Positions 23,131-35,971 of a DNA stretch of 64,000 bases are shown here, piece by piece. Below the pieces are notes generated by a model. It saw nothing but the letters and a program-made list of their open reading frames with translations, was not told where the DNA came from and did not search any database. Where the stretch lies: the NCBI GenBank assembly GCA_964106645.2, contig OZ067041.1; one strand, written 5' to 3'. Numbering within the stretch: the first letter of the stretch is position 1; the number at the start of each line of letters is the position of its first letter. The stretch comes from Podarcis pityusensis (taxonomy: Eukaryota). The position numbers and the translations under genes were made by a program.

Positions 23131-24438
23131 TGCAGAAGTAAGTTATTTAAACCAAAAGAAGATAAATATACGTTGTTGCTATGCAGACTACTTGAATGGT
23201 AGCCGATGCACATAAAAATGCTGGATAGCAGCTGAATGATAGGGCTTGTGCTCAGAAATGGAGAGATATGTCAATTTTGGTTTGTCCTGAATTCTCAGTT
23301 TTCTGAGAGCTCCCAGCTAGGCTCCGCCCCCTTTTGTGCTTGAAGAGCAGACCAGAGTGAAGACTACTTCTACTCGGTCAGCTCCCCTGGCTCCGCCTCC
23401 CCAGTCACGATTGGTTCATTTGAACTGAGGTTTGGCGGGAACCTCAAGGTCTGTGACCTGAAGAGGTGGACCAGGAGCACTCTGCCGGGAGTCATGGAGG
23501 ATCAGGGGTGCTGTGCATGGGCACGCAAAGGGTGCCCTCCATTTTATGGGGAGAGCGGTTATTTTAGAACAAATTTATTGACTGGAGAACACCATCACAA
23601 TTTAGAAATTATGAATTTCAAAGGTTGGCTGTGTTTCAGTTTTCATATTGTTTCATAACAATACTCCGGACACCTGTACACATGATCTCTACACATGTGC
23701 AAGTGTTTGTATGGAAGTATACACTTGTTGTACGTCCCAGTCACTGTGTACACAGACTGTACACTCATTGAACATTACACAGGAATAGCAGCAGGGTTGT
23801 GCAGCTCATCTGTTGTGTACACGGGGACCAAGATGGAACACACGATGAACGTATTATGTGAACATCTCAAGTGTTATCTCATAAAGAGGCTTTGCAAAAG
23901 TTCTGAAGCATTACCAAAACTACCATATCAGTATGCGTGTGCTTTCCCCCACAGGGCAAAAAGCATTTTGTGTGGATGGGAGAAATATTTTGACTGGGAA
24001 AATGTCATGGAAGGAAAGGCTTAAATGTCATTCACAGCTCTGTATTCCCAATCTGGTTCAGGGGCTTCCCATACCCCATCTAGCTTGGCCCAGAGATGTT
24101 TATAGACTTGAGCTATGCATCATAGGCAACACTGATGATAATATGACTTCCCAGTCCTGGGAGATGGAGTTTTCATTGGTCTACAGCCTAAATTCCTTCA
24201 TATTTAAAATATGCTCCATGAATTGGCAAGGCTTGTGAACAAAGAAATTACATTCAGCGTTTAACTTTCTCCAGGCAGCTTCATTTGAAACAGCTTTATT
24301 CCTGCTTAAGTCATTCACAACGTTTAAACAAAGTGAGCTACCCATAACATTTTAGCGATGAGGCAGTTAAGCTTAGTGAGAGTTTTGGATTGATGTCAGC
24401 CACAACCCCATATGAAGCTGAAGATAGAGGCTTCTAGA

Positions 24439-24452
24439 ACTTTCACTTCCTC
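24439..24452 (-). promoter_or_regulatory. Candidate PU.1-IRF composite element (EICE)
   Basis: The minus strand reads GAGGAAGTGAAAGT, matching GGAAnnGAAA. RUNX-type TGTGGT at 24581. Confidence 0.35.
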
Positions 24453-24688
24453 TCTCTGGAACTTTCTTTTTCCTGCACGCAAACAGGCACGCACACACAT
24501 ACAAGCAGAAACTGGGCCACCAGCTGAAAGAGACTTTTCAGAGGTGGAATCGCTTCCCTTACAAATCAAGGCAAATTAACTGTGGTGATTTAAAATTAGA
24601 CTTTTGTAAAAATGCATATTATTCTATTAGGATTTTGAATGCCCCCCCCCCAGGTTTAAATGAAAATTCTATGAAAAATGTATATGTA

Positions 24689-24932
24689 CAGTGGTACCTC
24701 GGGTTACATGCACTTCAGGTTACATATGCTTCAGGTTACAGACTCTGCTAACCCAGAAATAGTGCTTCAGGTTAAGAACTTTGCTTCAGGATGAGAACAG
24801 AAATCGTGCTCCGGTGGCGCGGTGGCAGCAGGAGGCCCCTGGTGCTTGAACCTGGTGCTTCAGGTTAAGAACAGTTTCATGTTAAGAATGGACCTCCAGA
24901 ACGAATTAAGTACTTAACCCGAGGTACCACTT
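24689..24932. mobile_element. Tc1/mariner (Tigger-like) MITE
   Basis: TA|cagtggtacctcgggtta...taacccgaggtaccact. Confidence 0.85.
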
Positions 24933-25626
24933 TATTGGAAATGAATTTATTTTTTAAAAAGGAAGTTCTAACTGGAAAATTAAATGTTCATCAACATACA
25001 AAATCAACTTTAAAAATGTAGGGCAGGAGTAAAAAATTTCAGCTGACCTATCCCAAATCCTATATCTTGACAAGCTCTCTACTTTCAAATTTCCCCCTCA
25101 GCTTTCTTATGAGCCAACAATGTTGTGCCATACCTCCACTGCCCAGTCTCTTGTCTGGAACCATATCCTGCTTGAAATTCCTGGAAACATCAGATTAAGA
25201 CAGATAAGGACAGTCATAGGGAGTGTCTACCATAACTTAAAGCCAAGTATCATAAGGAGGGATTTTGTTTCCTGTGCTAAACAAAAGAAATGGACACTTA
25301 TAAATTCTTATCTAATATTCAGAGATGTTTTCGTAGGGTAGCCTATCAAGGTTTTTACAGCACTGAGGAAATAGGAATGAAACTACAAATTAAGGGCATG
25401 TTGTTCTTGACGTGAGAACATATTCTTCTCTTGCTGGGGCTTTAGGCTGTGGCAATTTTTTTAGGAGATCATCATGGCAGCCAGAGCCCATGGAGTGTCC
25501 AAAAATGAAGGCAGTTGTGTTGCTCCATTGTGTATGTGTGTAAACATGCAATCACACACGCATGCACACAAAAGCATAATATCCAGTTTATTAGGGATCA
25601 GCCTGGCTGAAACATCTGCATAATTA

Positions 25627-25868
25627 CAGTGGTACCTCAGGTTAAGTACTTAATTTGTTCCGGAGGTTCGTACTTAACCTGAAACTGTTCTTAACCTAAA
25701 GCACCACTTTAGCTAATGGGGCCTCCTGCTGCTGCTGCGCCACTGGAGCAAAATTTCTGTTCTCATCCTGAAGCAAAGTTCTTAACCTAAAGCACTATTT
25801 CTGGGTTAGCGGTGTCCGTAACCTGAAGCGTATGTAACCTGAAGCGTATGTAACCCGAGGTACCACTG
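25627..25868. mobile_element. Tc1/mariner (Tigger-like) MITE
   Basis: TA-flanked, same family as 24689-24932, opposite orientation. Confidence 0.88.
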
Positions 25869-27002
25869 TATCTGGACATAAGCTCTATTGAACTCAGCAG
25901 CGCTTCCTGCTGAAGGCATATAAGATGATGTGTGTCAGAGGTGATTCATACATTAATAAACAATAGTAATGATAATAATAAGTTCAACGTCTGAAACTCA
26001 CAGCAAGGGTAGCTAGCTATATCTTCATAAAGAAATCTGCTCTTGTACATCTAGTACTTTCTTCTTGTAAGGAAATTGACTTGTCAAAGGATTTCTTGAA
26101 ACATCTTAACATTCAGACAAGTGCGGAGCAAGAGCAACACCCAAACCTGCCCTTTCAGCTCTCAAAAGTCCTGTTTCCTATATAGACTGGATCCCTTCCA
26201 AACAGTAGCAGCCAAGCCCCAAACAGGATATATTGCACAAGAACCCTGACCTTTCCCTTCACCTTCATAGTTCCATATTTTCTCTTGCAGCTATGGAGTG
26301 GCTTTTTATTCTGAAACATTTTTGATTGTCACACAAGTGAGGGCTGCACACCACACACTTCCTCCTGCAATGTGGGTTTGTGGTTGTGGAGCAGGAGTAG
26401 TTCTGAGAAAAAAAGCAACGTTTCTCTCAAGAAATAAGTATTCCTCAAACACTCATGTGCAATCTATTCCTGTATTCCCCCTCCCCCTTTCTTCAGCAAC
26501 CTGGGTCCTATTTAAATAGGGCTTGTTACAGAAAATGCAAGTTTAGTACTGTTTCTGCCATGACTATGTAGAGCCCATTGCCATACCCGGCTGGTGTGAA
26601 ATTTTTGAAACACTTGGAGCAGTCATCTCATTCTTTCCTCATACACTATATATATGAAGATTCAGGAAGAAAAGTGAGAATAGACTACATTCATCATACA
26701 CAATGGGAAAAAACTATGAAATGGCTCCCTGACAGTTGAAACACGCCTGACATTGTCATTTTTTACCCATTTACCCAGGTTTTAGGTGGGTACAGTGATG
26801 CTCATCTTTTAGTTGCTGGATGAGCATTTTAAGAATTTTGTATTGTACATCTTTTTCTAATTTGGCTCATAATTTTAGATTTTACTTCACTATATATTAA
26901 GTTGTTAAGTTACCTTGTATCATGGCAACAAATATATATATAATATTGATAAAATAAAATAATTAAAACTACTCTATCTATCTGTTCTCTTTTAGGAATC
27001 TA

Positions 27003-27471
27003 TTTTTTTTTATAAGATATTTATTAAAGTTTCAAAAATAAAAAAAGAAGTTACAATAGTAATAATAAAAAAAGAAAAAAAGAAGAGAAAAAAATAAAAA
27101 AAGAAAGAAGAGAATACAAAATACAAAAAAATAAAAACAATTAAAAACAAATCAATCTTTCCATATCTTATCTTTCATTCACTTGTTTCCCTGACCTCCT
27201 CACACCTCCCCTTTTTGTATTCCAGTTCAGTAAGTTAATTCAGCAAATCCTTTCCCTCTTTGTTTTTATCTTAGTCCTTTGTCTTAATATGTAATAACTG
27301 TATATTCTCATCTGTTAGCAGTCCATTTTTACGTACTCCTTGTAACATTGCTACTAAAACCCCCTTAGCTTCATTCCAACATTCATTAATTTTACAGAAT
27401 TTCTGTAGATAGTCTTTGAATTTCTTCCAATCTTCTTCCACCGACTCTTCTCCCTGGTCTCGGATTCTGCC
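27003..27471 (-). mobile_element. L1-clade LINE 3' fragment
   Basis: The minus strand encodes GRIRDQGEESVEEDWKKFKDYL, followed by a 3' UTR and poly(A). 16-bp TSD CTCTTTTAGGAATCTA at 26987 and 27472. Confidence 0.85.
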
Positions 27472-27653
27472 CTCTTTTAGGAATCTAAGGGATTAAACCA
27501 ACATTCTGAATTTTGTTCCAGGGAACTGAAAAAACATTCTAGCAACTGTGTCTATATAACTAGAATGTCCTGAATGCAGCATCAATTTAAAGGAGAACCT
27601 GGACCAAATTTGTGATTCATCATTGTCAACTTTTCCTCTTTTTCTACTGAAAG

Positions 27654-28905
27654 GACCTCTATGGCTGAAGCTTACAACTCTGCCTACAGCGAACAATGGC
27701 TGGTCTCCAACAGGGAAATAACATGTATCTTGGCAGGCCTACCTTCTAGGTAGTCCTTCCACCAATATAGATGCCAGATTTGTGAACTGTGGCCAGATCA
27801 AGTGTCAACAGAAGTAACAGGCCACACTCATTTTCAGTGGCAAATACAATATCAGCTGGGATCCAGAGGTTCTCTTGTACAAGCAGAAAGCATCTCTATG
27901 GGTACAACCCCCCTAGATTCTGTCAATTCTCCCCTCTTAATGCAGCCTCTCTTACTACATCCCATGTTTTTCCCAGTGGTGGGAAAGCACCATTGTCTGA
28001 GTAGTGCCCTGCTTCTTTGTCACTGGATCCAACCCAAAGAAAATGAATTATTAATTCTTAAATGAAAATAGAATGAGAAAAGAAGGTGGTAAACAGCAGG
28101 ATTCTAGTCTAGTAAAAGGCTTAGAATTGTTAAAACCAAGAAACACATGTGCAGGGTTTGGGCCAGTTTCCACCATGAAGTATTCATTTGCTCCAAAAAG
28201 AAAAAAGCACAATGCAAAAGAAACACAGATCTGCTTCTGTTAATACAACTTTGGCTTTCCTTCTTTAAACACACTATTGTTAGCTGATTTTAAAGGGAAG
28301 CTTAAAAGGAAAATGCAAAGGGACAATGTTTTCCAGCAATCTACTGAAGAGGAAGGGCGCAGGTTTGATGAATAAGAGCTATTCAATAATTCTGCAACTA
28401 TGGGAATTGAACAGGAAACAATTAATTAGGCTTAAAAAAGAATTAAGGAGAAGAGGAAGTTATTGTTTAAAGGGACAGTAGCCCAAAAGACGTTAGCAGT
28501 GCTTACCAAACCACAATGAACAGGCTAGTGCTGAAATCGATTTCATTTTAAGAAAGTAATAATTAGAACCTACCAATCAGGTAAAAAAAAGAAAAGAAAC
28601 ACAGGGAAAAAAGGAACGCAGTCGGTAATAATGTCACATGGATTTTGTTAAACCTGAGAGAATAAAGGGATGTCAATTTCAAATTAAATGGCTCATATAA
28701 AAGGAACCTAAGTAAATCTTTATTTTTAGATGGGCATTAATTATTTCCTGGTGTTAGTTATCCTAACTGTGCTTTATGGCAAGTTCTTGTACATTTATTG
28801 TTACCTCTTCTGTGGCTACCTCTCTTAAAATAAATCATTGCACTGAATGTATGGAAAGACTTGCTGCATTTTATGTAGAAACCAAATAAAGTAATTTCAA
28901 AGAAA
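27654..28905 (+). other. CD200: Putative terminal (3' UTR) exon of CD200
   Basis: Pyrimidine-rich acceptor ending at 27653, then AT-rich unique sequence, AATAAA at 28829 and 28885, and a downstream GT/T-rich tract. A competing acceptor exists at 26290. Confidence 0.45.
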
Positions 28906-30108
28906 AGTGATAATATGCTCCTTATTGTTGATGTCTTTGGCTTTTTTTTTTTTTTGTCAAAATGGGACCTCAGATTAAAATAGTGCTACAAGTGGATGTA
29001 GATTTGATGTGATGATAGTCTAATAGTCCTTCTTTTTACCTTTAAAAATCTTCCTGCACTGATTTCTTTAAAAGTAAAAAATGACATTTAAAAAATAGCA
29101 ATGAAGGTCTATCAGAACTAGTAGACAGGTTCTCTGGCCTCCTGCAGTTTCTTGTGGTTACAAGAAAGCCCCCTGAGGTTATTATAGGGGCACTTGGGAA
29201 GGTTGAAGAATGTGGACCACCAGAGAGAGGATTTGTAGAATCAAACCAAAGACATTCATTAAAAACTTTGACACCTCTAAAGTAAGGGAAGTGCCCTTCA
29301 CCCATAGGAATTTCACTGAAAAATTTTCTCCGCTTTGGTAATTTTTTATAATTTGATTCTTTTTAATGCAATTTCTTTTCTAGTGCATTGATGGAGAATG
29401 GTAAACAAGCAAATAAGTATGTTTTTCCTGATTACATAATTTCTAATTATGTAAGCCACCTCAAAGTTTTGTAGAGAGGTGGGATATTATATGGATAAAT
29501 TGAGAAATCTGTGCTAAAGCACTGCAACCTCCCTACCACCATTTGTTTTCAAAACTTTTTTGAGACTGTACGTGCCCCATTGCAGTGTTAGGATGTTCAG
29601 CTAGTCAGATTAAGAATGACAAAACTCAGCACAACTACTAAAGAAGTCAGCTGGTAGTCTTTTTCCAACCACTTACTTCGGCTATGCTGCTAAATGAATC
29701 AATATGATGAAGGCAGAAAGATGAGAACTTTGCTGAAATCAACTTTCCATTTCCTTGCCTAGATCTGAAGATAATTGTTTGCAAATTAGATGGGTGACTT
29801 TGACAAGGAGCGTAAATGATTCATCGCAGACGGATAAATATTTTGCACCTAGATTTGCACGCTTGCAGTTTCAGAGGTCTGGTGATGAACTTTTCAAACA
29901 CAGGGCAACCTGCCACTCACCCACCTGCTCTAGGCCTAGGAGCCCAGCATGTCACAGAGGATTCTGGGAGGTGTTGGCTCATCAGGCTGTTGGCACTGTT
30001 GAGGTTCTGCAAGAACTGTCCACATGCACTAAAACATTACCAGTGTTCTGATGTGGCTGTGACTCACTGGATAATATCGACACCCGCAGTTGCACAATAC
30101 TTTTACTA

Positions 30109-30469
30109 GGTAAAAGGCACCCCTGCCCGTATGGGCCAGTCTTGACAGACTCTAGGGTTGTGCGCTCATCTCACTCTAGAGGCCGGGAGCCAGCGCTGTC
30201 CGCAGACACTTCCGGGTCACGTGACCAGCGTGACGAAGCTGCTCCGGCGAACCGGCACCAGAGCAGCACACGGAACGCCGTTTACCTTCCCGCTATAAAG
30301 CGGTCCCTATTTATCTACTTGCACCCGGGGGTGCTTTCGAACTGCTAGGTTGGCAGGTGCTGGGACCGAGCAACGGGAGCGCACCCCACCGCGGGGATTC
30401 GAACCGCCGACCATGCGATCGGCAAGTCCTAGGCACTGAGGTTTTACCCACAGCGCCACCCGCGTCCCC
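30109..30469 (-). mobile_element. Sauria SINE, different subfamily
   Basis: Full-length, with imperfect TSD tac(t/c)tttactagg at 30098 and 30470. Confidence 0.9.
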
Positions 30470-31419
30470 TACCTTTACTAGGAGGACCAACCAAAATGTC
30501 ACAAAATAGTAGCAAGCTAGCTCTGGTTAACATCCAGCCTTTGTGTTTTCAAAAATAGGGAGTGACCACTATCCCAGAATACTAGCTGTGTAACCATATA
30601 CTGGGAACGCCTACTAGAGACTTAGTCAGTTTGAAATATCCATTTTGTAAGAGAACCTTGTCCTTATGGCTACAACATCCAGCCAATTTCTGTACTCCCA
30701 CCCCTTCTTTATTTTTCCTCGTCTCCCTGCCACTTGTTTTGTGTAATTTCTTGCAGAAAGAAGCCCCCTCTAAATCTTTCAGCAACTTTCCGTTTTGCTA
30801 ACTATGTCTGGTTTAGTTATAGGGTAGTAGTTTAGACTTTCCGCAGGTGGATGATCACAATCATGGTGAATTCATTATCTGAAACACCACAAACTACTCA
30901 CAACAAGTGGGTATCAGCAGGCTTAGGGGCACTAAAAATAAATATTCAGGGGTAAATCACTAAGGGGTGGAGTGGCAGGAGAGAATGCAAAAGAAGCCCA
31001 GTGAACACTGAGTGTGCTCACCAAACACACATTGCTAGCTGACTGACACTTGTTGGAGGTGGAGGAAAATGGACTGTTCAGGAAGAGAGCATGGTTGCTT
31101 GGAATTCTGAACAGTGGTACTCTACACTGTTGCTGTTTCCCACTTGTCCTTCATTAGGAAGCTGAGCCACATTCTCAAACAGAAGTTTCTAATAACAAAG
31201 CCTTTTGCCAGCAGAACAAGTATACTGTTAGGAGACTTTAACTTGGCTCTACACTGAATGCTATCCAAAGAGTCTAGATAACTAGGGAGCCATGTAGATG
31301 GTCCTTTGGGCTCATGTAAGCCTTGGATTTATATTATTATTCAGTCAGTCAGTCAGTCAGTCTCCTGGCACATAGAACAACTGCATCACAGAATTGTTTC
31401 TTCCCTATTTATTTACACC

Positions 31420-31666
31420 CAGTGCTTTTTTTCTTTAAAAATGCATAAGTGTACTCTCATTTTGACTCAAGAAAATCACCATTTTATAGCTCAAATCAGG
31501 AAAAATAAATACAGTAAATGGACATTGGGGGTAGCAATGGAACTGACGATTCACTGTGCTAGAGAAGAAACTAACTTTTTTAATAATTTTTTTGTTTCTT
31601 CTCCCATTAGATTCACAAAATGTTTAGGGGTATGCGTCCCCCTGTATCCCCCCAGAAAAAGGACTG
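31420..31666. mobile_element. hAT MITE
   Basis: cagtgctttt / aaaaggactg TIRs and 8-bp TSD TTTACACC. Confidence 0.8.
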
Positions 31667-32449
31667 TTTACACCTATTTAAAATGGTTCTTAAATGCTAC
31701 CCTTTTGACATAACTGTTGTGCCTCTTTTGTGAGGTCATCCACTGGTTGCCCAAACTTTAACAATGAAACACCAACACTCTTAATAAACCTTTTGTTCCC
31801 ACATGTACTTCAAGTTTACACCCTCCAGATTGCTTTCTTCCAACTGAGAATGCAGAGTTTTCCCCAAAGTTTTTCACAGTGACTCCAGCTGTGAAAGTTC
31901 ATGGGAGATTTGCTCTCGTTTTGGCTCCTTTTCAGAAGCTGCTATGTAGCTCACTCCTTCACATGTTTATTCAAAAGCAGTTACCACTAAAGTTAATAAG
32001 ACTTGCTCCAACTAAATAAGTCTGCATAGGGCATGGATTTGAGAAAAATAACAATGGGCTTATTATTTGGAATTAGGAGATCAAACTATAAATCGGTAAT
32101 AGAAGATTTATTTTCAAAACCCTAAAACGGGTGTTTCCAATCTTTTGGATTTGTCTTCGCAAGCATTGCCATTTCCATTTTTAGAAGGCTAGGAAGTCAT
32201 GGGAAAAATCCTCCCCCTTCCAGCAATGGAATGAATCAATATATCAGATGTCAGAAGGATGCCCTCCAGTTTGTGCACAGCAGTTTAAAGTTACAGCTGT
32301 CTTTTCATGGCTGACTTTTTAAACAGTTGTTTTGCATAGTCCACAATACAATCCTGTACATGTCTATTCAGAAGGCATGCCCATTAAGTTCAATGGGGAT
32401 TACTCCCAGATGAGGATTGTGGCCTAACTCACAGAAATACCAAAGGTGT

Positions 32450-32685
32450 CGTGGGCTTTGAAGATGCTCAAACTCAGGACAAAAGGGAGAAACATGCTAA
32501 TAGGAAGGCATGCTTGGCAAACCCTCACGGTGATCAACTCCTCCCCAGAAACCTATGTCCCCACTGTGGAAAGATGTGTGGATCCAGAATTGGCCTCCAC
32601 CGCCACTTACACTGTCACTGCTAAAACCATGTTTTGGAAAACAATCTTACTCAGCTACAAGTGATCACCAAAGAAGAAGAAGTAG
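32450..32685 (+). mobile_element. RTE-clade LINE 3' fragment
   Basis: tgtccccactgtggaaagatgtgtggatccagaattggcctccac encodes CPHCGKMCGSRIGLH. (AAG)n tail. Confidence 0.7.
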
Positions 32686-34118
32686 TATGTATTTGTGTGT
32701 GGACGTATGAAGAATAAAACTGTGAGAATCTATTAGGCATTGTTAAATTTATCAACAACACATTCAAGTTCAATATAAAGCAAGCTCTCATGGGCTTTTC
32801 TGAAAAAAAAATTTCTTGGATTTCTAGGTTCATTATTGCTTTGAAATGTGGAAAATATTTGATAAGCGTCAAAGGAAACACTGATGAGTAATTGTGTGGG
32901 GCTGGGCATTAAAAGTGCAGGTCCTTCTAAAGTTAAAATCTCTGGGGATTTTAGCTTTGTATTTTTATTTTTTATCTGCTTGGTTGAACTGTTTTTGGTC
33001 ATCTGTCATGGAAATATTGAGAGCTTTTTGGATTATGTTGGCACTGAATGTGGGAAATGTAGATTCAGCAAGTCCATTGAACAAACAAACAGACCCTTAT
33101 TGCCTCAAATCTAATTGTGAACACATAATAGCTAGTTTAGAAGAGGGAAACATTTTGTCCAGCTCCAGCATGGGACTGGGGAACCTTTGGCCCTCCAGAT
33201 GTTGCTAGACAACAGCTCCCACCTTTCCTGACCAATGGCCCTTCCTGGTTGGAGTTGGTGGGACTTGGAGACTACCAACATCTGAAGGGCCACAGGTTCT
33301 CCAGCTATGCTCTAGCAGCATCATGCCCATCCTTCTTGGGTGGGTTTGGCCCCTTACCTAATAGTGCTCTTGAGCATATACCTTTATCAGAGGACACTTG
33401 CAGCTGAGGCAAAACTTTCCCACTTCCATGACACTGGGTGCTCTCATCTCTGCTATTATGGATTTCCTGACTGGAAGGGTAGTAACAAAATCCAACCACC
33501 TTCTTTGGTTCCTCTGTTAGCAACCACATTTGATTACCAGGCAAGGCTGGATGTAGACCACAGATGGAGAACCTCAGGCCTCTTTAAATGGCCTTCTAGA
33601 TTCTTCTCAAGGCATACACCATCCTGAGCCACATCCCTCACCCTCCTTTGCACCCTCCTTCAGTGTTTTCGGCTGGCTGGAATATGTCTGTGAATTTGGG
33701 TAATGCTCCCTCCTTGTCTGGATGGAAGACAAAGAAGGGTTTGTGAGTGAGTAGAAACTTAGCCACTGAACGAGGGTAAAATTCATATTTGTTTATCAGC
33801 CCTTTTGCCTCAGGCCTCACCTGCCATTGGATGCGGCCCCTGGAACATTGGCTAGAGGAAATGAGGAACATTGGCTGAAAAGGTTCCCACCCTGGTGCAC
33901 TTCACGCAAACTTCCACAAATGCCATGTTATCAAGCAAACAACCACATCTACCGCCAACTCTCACTTCTCCTGTCCAACCAAAGACCTCTGCATTGGTCT
34001 GGGGTGGGATTAAAATGGAGAAATAGCAGTGAAGACAGTGACTAGTGCTTCAGTTCTCCAGCAGGGAATGCCCTCTCATCTGGAGCCATAAGTACAGAGA
34101 TAGAGTCTCCCTTCAAAT

Positions 34119-34268
34119 GCTGTAGGGTAATGGGTCAGTGTGTCTGGCTGTTAACCAGAAGGTTGGTGGTTCGAGACCACCCAGGGATGGCTGTGGGCAA
34201 GATTCCTGCATTGCAGGGGGTTGCACTAAATGACTCCCAGGGTCCCTTCCAATTTTATGATTTTGTAA
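34119..34268 (+). mobile_element. tRNA-Asn-headed SINE with CR1-like tail
   Basis: ggctgttaaccagaaggttggtggttcgagaccacccaggga resembles tRNA-Asn(GTT). It is followed by a gggggttgcactaaatga..gtcccttccaa..atgatt CR1-type 3' end. Confidence 0.7.
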
Positions 34269-34414
34269 GGCTGCACACGAGTGTGGTGGCATGGCCCCTG
34301 CGCAGAATGGTACTGAAGGCGGTGAAAGACCCATGTGGTCCCACCTCAGGCATTGCTTCAGAGTATGGAGGGGGGCATCTGAACCTCCATCTAACATACC
34401 TTGCAAGGTTATTA

Positions 34415-34776
34415 CTGTACAGGCCCGATTATATGCCACACCTTTAAAACTGGGGGGTGGGGGGAGAGAGAAAAAGAAAAAATACCAGAATATAATCCAC
34501 TTTGTTCCTCGCTGCTCCTGGCTGCATACTGGCAGGGGGGCGGGAGCCACACTGCGTTGCCGGCGGCCTTTCCCCTTCCTCGCTCTCTCCCTTCATGGCC
34601 TTGGGGGAGAGGATGGGGGACTACGCATGGGGCGGGCGCCGCTTTGCCACGCTCCTGGCGCTGTTTGCCCAGCGCTCCTGGCTGCATACCATAAGGTTGA
34701 GAATATAAGCTGCACTTTAACTTTTCATGGTAGGAATTTTGGGGGGAAAGTGAGGCTTATATTCAGGCTAATATGG
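34415..34776. mobile_element. pogo/Tigger-like non-autonomous DNA transposon
   Basis: TA-flanked imperfect TIRs ctgtacaggcccgattatatgcc / ggcttatattcaggctaatatgg with a GC-rich interior. Confidence 0.6.
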
Positions 34777-34945
34777 TATGTGGCTAAGAGGAGGGGAGGA
34801 CCATGTAGGTCACATTGAAGTCCTTGGAAGTTATTAAGCGTAATACAAAGAAATATTAATGCAATAAAAATAAAGTGGCAATGTGTGCAGGATTCTGCCT
34901 TCTGGTACTCTTAATATGTGCTTCAGAAAGCAGATCTAGTAATTA

Positions 34946-35186
34946 CAGTGGTACCTTGGGTTAAGTACTTAATTCATTCCGGAGGTCTGTTCTTAACCTG
35001 AAACTGTTCTTAACCTGAAGCACCACTTTAGCTAATGGGGCCTCCTGCTGCTGCTGCGCCGCCAGAGCACGATTTCTCTTCTCATCCTGAAGCAAAGTTT
35101 TAACCTGAAGCACTATTTCTGGGTTAGCAGAGTCTGTAACCTGAAGCATATGTAACCAGAATCATATGTAACCCGAGGTACCACTG
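34946..35186. mobile_element. Tc1/mariner (Tigger-like) MITE
   Basis: TA-flanked cagtggtacc...ggtaccactg. Confidence 0.88.
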
Positions 35187-35464
35187 TATGGGCAATTGGT
35201 GGCATCTCAAAAGCTGAGAGCAGGGTAGGCAATTAGCTGAAATGGAGCAACAACTGACATGCTAAACACAGCAACACACACAGAGGAACAGGGTGGTTGG
35301 TGAATTGAACAGTGTCTTTTTTTGGTGTGTGTGTTTTTTTTAAAAGAAGTTTGTCATAGATTTCTTCTAACCAGATCAGTGCTCCTGCCTAATCTACAGC
35401 CATCTAGTGGTCCCCAGTATTAACAACACCTCCAAGAAGCAAACGATTTGGCACGGTGAAAAAC

Positions 35465-35595
35465 TTGAAATATGTAGATGACCCCAAACTGGGAGGGGTA
35501 GCTCATGCTGCAGAAGACAGAATCGGGATTCAAGATGACCTGAATGGATTGGAGAACTGGGCCAAAGCTAACAAAATGAATTTCAGTAGGGACAA
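35465..35595 (+). mobile_element. CR1 reverse-transcriptase fragment
   Basis: KYVDDPKLGG..IQDDLNGLENWAKANKMNF, a decayed CR1 (F/Y)ADDTKLGG..DL..LE.W...N.M.FN motif. Followed by an A-tailed LINE 3' piece to about 35870. Confidence 0.8.
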
Positions 35596-35971
35596 TTCAA
35601 TTGACATCACTTGTAGGGTTAAAAGAAGTTTTGTAAGGAGTAATTTATAAATTATTGTGAAGAGAATTAAGAATAGATGTACTGGAAATTTGAGTTTATA
35701 GCAATAACCATAGTAACAAAATGCATAATTAGAAAGACTTTAGAAAACCATCAGTCGAGGCTGAAGGAAGACTCAGGCTGTGATAGCCAAAAGTTTTGAA
35801 ATGATGTTTAAAAGGATGTTATGCTGGAAAATATGTGTAAAAACTAATAAAAAATTAATAAAATAAAATGAATTTCAGTGGGGACAAAAGTAAGTCTTAT
35901 GCACACACCGCCCAGGAATGGAACCCCTGCACAAAATGTTTGCCACCTGTATGTACGTTACATAAATTATG

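Noticed and set aside
29700-29772. ATGATGA...CTGA...CTGA resembling a C/D box snoRNA
   Set aside because: No convincing terminal stem, no recognisable rRNA/snRNA antisense element, and not in an evident host intron.
33340-33627. ORF with a signal-peptide-like N-terminus
   Set aside because: Non-ATG start, no splice or homology support, and it runs into a transposon remnant.
34119-34189. tRNA-Asn gene
   Set aside because: Acceptor and D stems are degenerate and it is fused to a CR1-like tail, so it is a SINE head.
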